DNA of 64,000 bases from Clostridia bacterium (GTDB taxonomy: Bacteria; Bacillota; Clostridia; Oscillospirales; CAG-272), in NCBI GenBank assembly GCA_900763885.1, contig CAAFLY010000247.1, positions 383 to 64,382 on the forward strand, written 5' to 3'. The position numbers were made by a program, and so were the translations under genes. Positions 57,192 to 64,000 of the stretch are shown here, in pieces. How positions within the stretch are numbered: the first letter of the stretch is position 1; every line of letters starts with the position of its first letter. Under the pieces are notes generated by a model, which did not search any database, was not told the origin of the DNA, and saw only the letters and a list, made by a program, of their open reading frames with translations.

Positions 57192-57734
57192 TTATTTCGC
57201 AAAGGGTGCGCCCATAAGGGTCAGCATTTCCTTAGCTTCTGCGTCGGTCTGCGCGGTGGTAACGAAGCAAATGTCCATACCACGGATCTTTTCGACCTTG
57301 TCATACTCGATTTCGGGGAAGATGAGCTGTTCCTTCAGACCGAGGGCGTAGTTGCCTCTGCCGTCGAACGCGTCCGGGTTGATGCCCTTGAAGTCGCGCA
57401 CTCTCGGAAGAGCGAAGTTGAACAGACGATCCATGAACTCGTACATCTTTTCGCCGCGGAGGGTGACCTTCACGCCGATCTTCATGCCCTCACGGAGCTT
57501 GAAGTTCGCGACGGACTTCTTCGCGTAGGTCGGAACGGGCTTCTGACCGGTGATCAGCGCCAGGTCCGCCATGATCGCGTCGATGACCTTCGTGTTTTCC
57601 TTCGCGTCGCCCGCGCCAACGTTGATGACGATCTTGTCGATCTTCGGGATCTGCATCACGCTCTTGTACTGGAACTTCTTCATCAGAGCCGGAGCTACCT
57701 CAGAAGTGTATAATTCTTTCATTCTTGCAGCCAT
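57192..57734 (-). CDS. rplE: 50S ribosomal protein L5
   Basis: ..[37 protein letters not shown]. Confidence 0.95.
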   Translation of the reverse strand: MAARMKELYTSEVAPALMKKFQYKSVMQIPKIDKIVINVGAGDAKENTKVIDAIMADLALITGQKPVPTYAKKSVANFKLREGMKIGVKVTLRGEKMYEFMDRLFNFALPRVRDFKGINPDAFDGRGNYALGLKEQLIFPEIEYDKVEKIRGMDICFVTTAQTDAEAKEMLTLMGAPFAK

Positions 57735-57748
57735 CGTACACCTCCGAA

Positions 57749-58066
57749 TTACAGCTCAGCGCCGCACTTGGCGCATACGCGGGTTTTCTTGTCGCCGTCG
57801 ATCTTGTGGGCGGCTCTGGTAGCCTTCTTGCACTTGCTGCAGTACAGCTGTACCTTGGAGGCGTAGATCGCGCCTTCAACCTCGACGATTCCGCCGGCTT
57901 CCTGGGGCGGTCTCGGCTTGACGTGCTTCTTTACGAGATGCACGCCGGATACGATTACTTTGCCTTCCTTCGGCGATACCTCAACGACCTTGCCGGTCTT
58001 GCCCTTATCGTCGCCGGAAATGACGATGACCTCGTCACCCTTCTTTATATGAAGCTTCTTAATCAT
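57749..58066 (-). CDS. rplX: 50S ribosomal protein L24
   Basis: Start trimmed to ATG 58066 (GGAGG, 8-nt spacing): [25 protein letters not shown]. Confidence 0.9.
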   Translation of the reverse strand: MIKKLHIKKGDEVIVISGDDKGKTGKVVEVSPKEGKVIVSGVHLVKKHVKPRPPQEAGGIVEVEGAIYASKVQLYCSKCKKATRAAHKIDGDKKTRVCAKCGAEL

Positions 58067-58080
58067 CTTTTCTACCTCCA

Positions 58081-58449
58081 TTAAAGAACTTCGGGTGCCA
58101 GGGACAGGATCTTGGTGTAGTCGTGCTCACGAAGCTCACGTGCTACAGGCCCAAAAATACGGGTGCCCTTGGGGTTCTTATCGTCGTTGATGATCACGGC
58201 CGCGTTTTCGTCAAACTTGATGTAGGATCCGTCGCCGCGGCGCAGACCCTTTCTGCTTCTGACGATCACTGCCTTGACTACGTCGCCTTTCTTGACAACG
58301 CCGCCCGGAGACGCCTTCTTTACAGCGCATACGACTACGTCGCCAATGTTTGCGTAACGTCTGCCGGTGCCGCCCAGTACCCGGATGCACATAAGCTCCT
58401 TCGCACCGGTGTTGTCGGCAACCTTCATTAAGGATTGCTGTTGAATCAT
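58081..58449 (-). CDS. rplN: 50S ribosomal protein L14
   Basis: [27 protein letters not shown]. Confidence 0.95.
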   Translation of the reverse strand: MIQQQSLMKVADNTGAKELMCIRVLGGTGRRYANIGDVVVCAVKKASPGGVVKKGDVVKAVIVRSRKGLRRGDGSYIKFDENAAVIINDDKNPKGTRIFGPVARELREHDYTKILSLAPEVL

Positions 58450-58594
58450 GTCTTGTATCTCCTTGTGTGTTTTTGTGAGGAGTACACCGTCAGAGAGTTC
58501 GCACGACCATAGGGCGTCAAAGCAGGTTTCCCCGCCGTCTGACCCCTGCTCCGTGCGCTTATCTTACGGCTTTTTTCTTTGGGATTTATTGTTC

Positions 58595-58811
58595 GCGGGG
58601 GAAACTTTTTTCGAGAAAAAAGTCTCCCCCGCACCCCCTTCCAAAAAGCTTTACATATTTTTGGTTAGGGATACGGTTTTGCCTACAGGACGTACATACG
58701 GCTTAACTCGTCAGAGCCGCACCGCATGTTTGTCTCGTGAAAAGGTATAAAGTTTTTTGGAGGTGTCGGAACCTTTTCGCAAAAAGGTTCTGACATCGTT
58801 CCCCCGTATCC
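58595..58811. repeat. Paired copy of the element with a variant left arm, between rpsQ and rplN
   Basis: Left arm is a 17-bp hairpin GCGGGGGAAACTTTTTT-cgag-AAAAAAGTCTCCCCCGC (58595-58632) plus ACCCCCTTCCAAAAAGCTTTACATA. Right arm GTATAAAGTTTTTTGGAGGTGTCGGAACCTTTTCGCAAAAAGGTTCTGACATCGTTCCCCCGTATCC ends on the nt before the rpsQ stop. Confidence 0.7.
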
Positions 58812-59072
58812 TTACTTAGCCTTTTCGATGATGCGGACCAGTCTCCAGCGGATGGTTTTGGAGAGCGGGCGGGTTTCCATGACCTCGACGGTGTCGCCGA
58901 TACCCGCGGAGTTCTCCTCGTCACGCACGTGGATCTTGTTGGTACGCTTGATAATTTTGCCATAAGTGGGATGCTTTACATGGTTTTCGATGGCAATCAC
59001 GATGGTTTTGTCCATCTTATCGCTGACTACCTTACCCACTCTGGTTTTTCTGAGAGCGCGTTCTTCTGCCAT
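58812..59072 (-). CDS. rpsQ: 30S ribosomal protein S17
   Basis: ..[22 protein letters not shown]. Confidence 0.95.
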   Translation of the reverse strand: MAEERALRKTRVGKVVSDKMDKTIVIAIENHVKHPTYGKIIKRTNKIHVRDEENSAGIGDTVEVMETRPLSKTIRWRLVRIIEKAK

Positions 59073-59082
59073 AATGTCCCCC

Positions 59083-59271
59083 TTATGCCTTCTTCTCGGC
59101 GATGACGGTCATCACGCGAGCGATTTCCTTTTTGGTTTCCTTGATCTTGTGGGGATTATCGAGCTGATTGATTGCGAGCTGAAAACGGAGATTAAAAAGC
59201 TCTGTTTTCAGGTCATTCAGCATGGATGCGAGCTCTTCTGCAGACTTATTTCTGAGTTCTGTTGCCTTCAC
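59083..59271 (-). CDS. rpmC: 50S ribosomal protein L29
   Basis: [31 protein letters not shown]. Confidence 0.95.
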   Translation of the reverse strand: MKATELRNKSAEELASMLNDLKTELFNLRFQLAINQLDNPHKIKETKKEIARVMTVIAEKKA

Positions 59272-59274
59272 AGC

Positions 59275-59706
59275 TTAACCCTCCACTTCTTTTTCCAGTT
59301 GTTCGCGGGTAGCGAAGCGGCACTTGATCGGGAGCTTATGCATAGCAAGACGCATAGCTTCACGAGCGAGCTCCTCGGAGATGCCACCCATTTCAAACAT
59401 AACTCTGCCCGGCTTTACGACTGCGACCCAGTATTCGGGCGTACCTTTACCGGAACCCATACGCGTTTCGGCAGGCTTTTCAGTGATGGGCTTGTCGGGG
59501 AAGATTTTGATCCAGACCTGACCGCCTCTCTTGACGTAACGGGTCATAGCGATACGGGCTGCTTCGATCTGGTTTGCGGTGATCCATGCGGGTTCGGTAG
59601 CTACGAGGCCGAATTCGCCGTTTGTGATCTTATTGCCGCGGAGTGCCTTACCGGTGAGGCGGCCTCTCTGTACGCGTCTGTACTTAACTCTCTTAGGCGA
59701 TAACAT
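59275..59706 (-). CDS. rplP: 50S ribosomal protein L16
   Basis: [21 protein letters not shown]. Confidence 0.95.
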   Translation of the reverse strand: MLSPKRVKYRRVQRGRLTGKALRGNKITNGEFGLVATEPAWITANQIEAARIAMTRYVKRGGQVWIKIFPDKPITEKPAETRMGSGKGTPEYWVAVVKPGRVMFEMGGISEELAREAMRLAMHKLPIKCRFATREQLEKEVEG

Positions 59707-60566
59707 TAGTGGGCGCCTCCTTCCTCAGTCTTTCTCGGTGCTCTGGGCGGTCTGGATTCCTGTCCAGCGGGGCGGCTGCCTCTCGGGCCCTGACCGTCGC
59801 GGCGCTGGAATCCGCCGTCTCTGCGATCACCGCGGCGATCACCGTCTCTGCGGTCGCGTCTCTGACCGTCTCTGCGGTCACCGCGGCGCTGGTTGTTGCG
59901 GCGATCCTCGGTAACGGCACCGGTGCGAGCGACCTCGGAGAGGATTTCGCCCTTGTAGATCCACACCTTTACGCCGATCTTACCGTAGGTGGTGTTGGCT
60001 TCCCAGAAGCCGTAATCGATGTCTGCGCGGATGGTCTGCAGCGGGATGGTGCCCTCGTGGTAATGCTCGGTACGTGCGATTTCAGCACCCGCGAGACGAC
60101 CGGAGAGGCAGACCTTGATACCCTTCGCGCCCATACGCATGGTACGCTGGATAGCGCCCTTCATGGCTCTGCGGAAGGAGATACGGCGCTCGAGCTGGTT
60201 TGCGATGGATTCGGCAACGAGCTGCGCGTCCATCTCGACCGGCTTGACCTCTACTACGTTTACGATAACCGGAGCGCCGACGATCTTTTCGATGTCCGCC
60301 TTCAGGTTGTCGATTTCGCTGCCGCCGCGTCCGATAACCATACCGGGCTTCGCGCAGTGGATAAAGACGCGCACCTTACCGGTGTTGTCTCTTTCGATCT
60401 CGATCTTCGGAATGCCCGCGAGGAAGAGCTTCTTCTTGAGGAATTCTCTGACCTTATAATCCTGGACCAGGGTATCGCCGAACTTTTCGTCGGAGGCAAA
60501 CCATCTGGAGTCCCAGTTCTTGATTACGCCGACACGAAGGCCGTGCGGATTCACTTTCTGTCCCAT
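59706..60566 (-). CDS. rpsC: 30S ribosomal protein S3 with an approximately 70-aa Arg/Asp/Gly-rich C-terminal extension
   Basis: [24 protein letters not shown]..; 286 aa; tail [47 protein letters not shown].. Confidence 0.95.
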   Translation of the reverse strand: MGQKVNPHGLRVGVIKNWDSRWFASDEKFGDTLVQDYKVREFLKKKLFLAGIPKIEIERDNTGKVRVFIHCAKPGMVIGRGGSEIDNLKADIEKIVGAPVIVNVVEVKPVEMDAQLVAESIANQLERRISFRRAMKGAIQRTMRMGAKGIKVCLSGRLAGAEIARTEHYHEGTIPLQTIRADIDYGFWEANTTYGKIGVKVWIYKGEILSEVARTGAVTEDRRNNQRRGDRRDGQRRDRRDGDRRGDRRDGGFQRRDGQGPRGSRPAGQESRPPRAPRKTEEGGAH

Positions 60567-60581
60567 ATTTCGACTGCCTCC

Positions 60582-60917
60582 TTACTCTTTTTCTTTCACA
60601 GCCACGGTGATATGGCTGGTTCTCTTGAGGATCCGGTCAGCGGACCCCTTGCCTCTGGGCATAATGCGCTTCATGGTCATGCCGGGGCAGACGAAGCACT
60701 CGGACACATAGAGGTTGTCCTTGTTCATGTGGAAGTTGTTTTCCGCGTCAGCAGCCACCTTTTCCAGCAGCTTGAGGACGTAGGGACTTGCGGATTTCGG
60801 GGTATTCTTTAAGATACCGCAGGCTACATCGTAGTTCTTCCCACGGATGAGGTCGAGAACGATCTTGACCTTGCGAGGGGAGATGCGGATATGCTTTTGG
60901 GTAGATTTGGATTCCAT
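60582..60917 (-). CDS. rplV: 50S ribosomal protein L22
   Basis: ..IRISPRKVKIVLDLIRGKN. Confidence 0.95.
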   Translation of the reverse strand: MESKSTQKHIRISPRKVKIVLDLIRGKNYDVACGILKNTPKSASPYVLKLLEKVAADAENNFHMNKDNLYVSECFVCPGMTMKRIMPRGKGSADRILKRTSHITVAVKEKE

Positions 60918-60940
60918 TTCCTTATTGCTCCTCCCTCTTC

Positions 60941-61222
60941 TTATTTACCGTTGTTGGAAGTCTTGGAACCGGCGTGACCCTTAAAGGTTCTGGTAGGGGC
61001 GAACTCACCGAACTTGTGGCCGACCATATCCTCGGTGATGTACACCGGGATGTGCTTCTTGCCATCGTGGACGGCAACCGTATGACCAACGAATTCCGGG
61101 AAAATGGTAGAGGCTCTGGACCAGGTCTTGAGGACCTTCTTTTCGCCTTTTTCGTTCATCTGGCAAACTCTCTGGTAGAGCTTTTCCTCGATAAACGGTG
61201 CTTTTTTCAAACTTCTGCTCAT
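60941..61222 (-). CDS. rpsS: 30S ribosomal protein S19
   Basis: [44 protein letters not shown]. Confidence 0.95.
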   Translation of the reverse strand: MSRSLKKAPFIEEKLYQRVCQMNEKGEKKVLKTWSRASTIFPEFVGHTVAVHDGKKHIPVYITEDMVGHKFGEFAPTRTFKGHAGSKTSNNGK

Positions 61223-61240
61223 TCTAAGCTGCCTCCTTCC

Positions 61241-62071
61241 TTACTTGCTGTTTCTGCGCTTTACGATCATCTTGTCGGTGCGGGCCTTCTTGTTTCTGGT
61301 CTTGTAACCGAGAGCCGGCTTGCCCCACGGGGTAACAGGACCCGGACGACCGATCGGGGAACGGCCTTCACCACCACCATGCGGGTGATCGCACGGGTTC
61401 ATGACGGAGCCGCGGACGGTCGGGCGGATACCCATGTGACGCTTCTTACCGGCCTTACCGACCTTGACGGTGTCGTGCTCGATGTTGCCGACCTGACCGA
61501 TGGTCGCGAGGCAGTTGTCCATGACGTAGCGCATTTCACCGGAGGGGAGACGAAGCATGACCTTGCCGTCCTCCTTACCCATGACCTGTGCCTGTGCGCC
61601 GGCGGAACGGACCATCTGGCCGCCCTTGCCGGGATACAGCTCGATATTGTGTACGAAGGTACCGTCGGGGATGTTCGCGAGCGGCAGGGTGTTGCCGGGG
61701 ATGATGTCGGCGTCCTTACCGGAGTAAAGCACCTGACCGTCGGTCACGCCCACGGGAGCCACGATGTAGCTCTTCTTGCCGTCCTCATCCTTCAGCAGCG
61801 CGATATACGCGGTACGGTTCGGGTCGTATTCGATACCCACAACGGTCTGCGGCTTCTCGGACTGACGCTTGAAGTCGATGATGCGGTATTTCTGACGGTT
61901 TCCGCCGCCTCTGTGACGGACGGTGATTCTGCCGTAGCTGTTGCGGCCGGCGTTCTTCTTCTTGGAAGCGAGCAGGCTCTTTTCGGGAGTGAACTTGGTG
62001 ATCTCGTCGAAGGACGGGACAGACATATGTCTTCTTGCCGGAGTTGTCGGCTTATATTTGATAGTAGGCAT
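61241..62071 (-). CDS. rplB: 50S ribosomal protein L2
   Basis: ..[28 protein letters not shown].. Confidence 0.95.
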   Translation of the reverse strand: MPTIKYKPTTPARRHMSVPSFDEITKFTPEKSLLASKKKNAGRNSYGRITVRHRGGGNRQKYRIIDFKRQSEKPQTVVGIEYDPNRTAYIALLKDEDGKKSYIVAPVGVTDGQVLYSGKDADIIPGNTLPLANIPDGTFVHNIELYPGKGGQMVRSAGAQAQVMGKEDGKVMLRLPSGEMRYVMDNCLATIGQVGNIEHDTVKVGKAGKKRHMGIRPTVRGSVMNPCDHPHGGGEGRSPIGRPGPVTPWGKPALGYKTRNKKARTDKMIVKRRNSK

Positions 62072-62089
62072 TTGTTATCGTCCTCCTTC

Positions 62090-62386
62090 TCAGTTCATGC
62101 CTTCGAAGAATTCGATGGTCGCGGAATCCTCAGCGAGGGTGACGATCGCCTTTTTCCAGCTGGCGGTCCTTCCGGGCACGAGACGAACTCTCTTCGGCTT
62201 AGACTTCATCGTAACGGTGTTCACGCTCTTTACCTTGGTGCCCTTGAACATCGCTTCAACAGCGGCGGCGATCTCCGGCTTGGTGGCGTCCTTTGCGACT
62301 TCAAAGGTGTACTTCCGATCCGAGATCATGTCCATGGAGCGCTCGGTGATGAGAGGTCTGATAATAACATCCTGAACGAATTTCAT
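62090..62386 (-). CDS. rplW: 50S ribosomal protein L23
   Basis: ..IIRPLITERSMDM.. Confidence 0.95.
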   Translation of the reverse strand: MKFVQDVIIRPLITERSMDMISDRKYTFEVAKDATKPEIAAAVEAMFKGTKVKSVNTVTMKSKPKRVRLVPGRTASWKKAIVTLAEDSATIEFFEGMN

Positions 62387-63009
62387 TATGCGTATACCTC
62401 CTCGATTTTCTGTACGGCTTCCTTAGCGATCACGAGGGAATTGCAGTTGAGGATGTCGTAAACGCAGAGGGTATTGGTCAGAACGACCTTGACGCCGGGG
62501 ATATTGGCAAGGCTGCCCATCACCATCGGATCCACGGCGGGAAGCACCACGAGGGTCTTCTTGCCCGCGCCGATTGCGGAGAGCATCTTGACCATGGTCT
62601 TGGTCTTGTATTCGCTGGCGGTGATGGCGTCGACAACGATCATCTCGTTTTCGGCTACCTTGGAAGAAAGCGCGCTGGTCATAGCGAGACGGCGGACCTT
62701 CTTGTTGACCTTGGTCTTGTACAGACGCGGCTTCGGACCGAGTGCGACACCACCGTGCGTCCACTGCGGCGCTCTGGTGGAGCCCTGTCTTGCGCGGCCG
62801 GTACCCTTCTGCTTCCACGGCTTTCTGCCGCCGCCGGAAACCTCGGTACGGGTCAGCGTGGACTGCGTGCCCTGTCTCTGGTTGCCGAGATATGCCTTTA
62901 CTGCTGCGTGAAGGACGGAAGCATGGATCTCACAGGCAAATACACTGTCGGCGAGGTTGATGGAACCCACTTCCGCGCCGGACATGTTTACAACTTTTAA
63001 TTCAGCCAT
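62386..63009 (-). CDS. rplD: 50S ribosomal protein L4
   Basis: ..GGGRKPWKQKGTGRARQGSTRAPQWTHGG. Confidence 0.95.
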   Translation of the reverse strand: MAELKVVNMSGAEVGSINLADSVFACEIHASVLHAAVKAYLGNQRQGTQSTLTRTEVSGGGRKPWKQKGTGRARQGSTRAPQWTHGGVALGPKPRLYKTKVNKKVRRLAMTSALSSKVAENEMIVVDAITASEYKTKTMVKMLSAIGAGKKTLVVLPAVDPMVMGSLANIPGVKVVLTNTLCVYDILNCNSLVIAKEAVQKIEEVYA

Positions 63010-63029
63010 TTCTGTTTCCTCCTTCCGAC

Positions 63030-63662
63030 TTATGCTTTCACGCTGTCGCGGAGGAACACGATGCCGCCCTTCGCGCCGGGAACTGCGCCCTTGACCGCGA
63101 TGAGGTTCTTTTCGGTGTCGACCTTGACAACTTCGAGATTCAGAACCGTAACCTGCTCGTTACCGTACTGACCTGCCATGTGCTTGTTCTTGTAGATTCT
63201 GGACGGCGTGGAGTTTGCGCCCATGGAACCCGGCTGACGATGGATCGGACCGGTACCGTGCGTCATACGCAGGATGTGCGCGTTCCATCTCTTGACAACG
63301 CCCGTGTAGCCGCGGCCCTTGGTGATGCCGGTAACGTCTACCTTGTCGCCGGCCGCGAACGTATCCGCGGATACGGTGTCGCCGACGTTCATGCTCTCGG
63401 TGTCCTCCAGACGGAATTCCTTGAGGTGACGGCGCGGGGATACGCCTGCCTTCTTGAAGTGACCTGCCTTCGGCTTGTTGACGAGCTTTTCGCGGATCTC
63501 TTCAAAGGCGAGCTGTACGGCATTGTAGCCGTCGGTTTCCACGGTCTTCTTCTGGGTGATGGCGCAGGGACCGGCTTCGATTACGGTAACCGGGATCACC
63601 TGACCGTTTTCCGTGAAGATCTGGGTCATGCCCAGCTTCTTTCCGATGATTCCTTTTTTCAT
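63030..63662 (-). CDS. rplC: 50S ribosomal protein L3
   Basis: Start trimmed to ATG 63662 (RBS AGGAGG): [33 protein letters not shown]. Confidence 0.95.
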   Translation of the reverse strand: MKKGIIGKKLGMTQIFTENGQVIPVTVIEAGPCAITQKKTVETDGYNAVQLAFEEIREKLVNKPKAGHFKKAGVSPRRHLKEFRLEDTESMNVGDTVSADTFAAGDKVDVTGITKGRGYTGVVKRWNAHILRMTHGTGPIHRQPGSMGANSTPSRIYKNKHMAGQYGNEQVTVLNLEVVKVDTEKNLIAVKGAVPGAKGGIVFLRDSVKA

Positions 63663-64000
63663 CGTTTTTCCTCCTATAAATAGGTTATTGGTTGCGCAGC
63701 CCTTGGAGCCTTGCAACGTGACCTCGCTGTTCATCAAGCGGTGCCGCCGTTTCCACACACCCTGGCGGATGCATCGACCCGTGCGTCACTGGGCATCCGA
63801 TCGGAGAACCAGACAGCCCGCTCACTCTGCCACAGTCAGTCTCCACTTTCTTGCAAGAAAATGGTCAAAGAACTTTGTTTGGCGGATCGCTTTTCCATGA
63901 TCGGTCTTCTTTTTCCTTCCTCACAGACGGAGCGCGGACTTATCGGTCATACCGGCAGTTTCCGCAGAAGGGATCACGAGCGAACCGGAGATCCGTACCG

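Noticed and set aside
63921-64000. Partial minus-strand ORF at the window edge as rpsJ
   Set aside because: The C-terminal residues (..AETAGMTDKSALRL) do not resemble S10. It is too short to call, so it was left unannotated.

Overview
High-GC (about 60%) Firmicutes/Clostridia-like chromosomal segment; the taxon is inferred from SLH proteins, a KOW gene between map and infA, type-Z S14 and lipoprotein SBPs. Nt 1-45000 mix housekeeping genes (ligA, murJ, comM-like, sigma/anti-sigma pair, tRNA-Ala) with carbohydrate and envelope genes: GH36 alpha-galactosidase, GH35 beta-galactosidase, five paralogous orphan solute-binding lipoproteins, GT4, a flippase and esterases. This part also holds a divergent TetM-type GTPase and an ABC exporter. 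Nt 45134-63662 (minus strand) hold the S10-spc-alpha ribosomal protein cluster, from rplC down to rplQ. The most unusual thing I can see is a dense repeat family I do not recognise. It occurs at about 13 loci (about 20 arms, roughly 3 kb or 5% of the window). Each arm has a G-tract heptad cap, a short AT-centred palindrome that varies with compensatory changes, and a GCAA(A/G)AACTTTTAT box. Some arms continue into a 240-nt conserved arm. The arms occur singly or as inverted pairs with the G-tract caps facing outward, and they fill intergenic gaps almost exactly. At eight junctions the cap lies 0-7 nt from a stop codon; at the others it lies 17-30 nt upstream of a start codon, leaving the RBS intact. 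One pair brackets a 2.4 kb two-gene insert that splits an ABC ATPase from its permease. Others sit inside the normally compact ribosomal protein operon. No transposase, CRISPR array, rRNA or recognisable defence system is present. All calls come from reading the sequence and ORF track; no database search was run.
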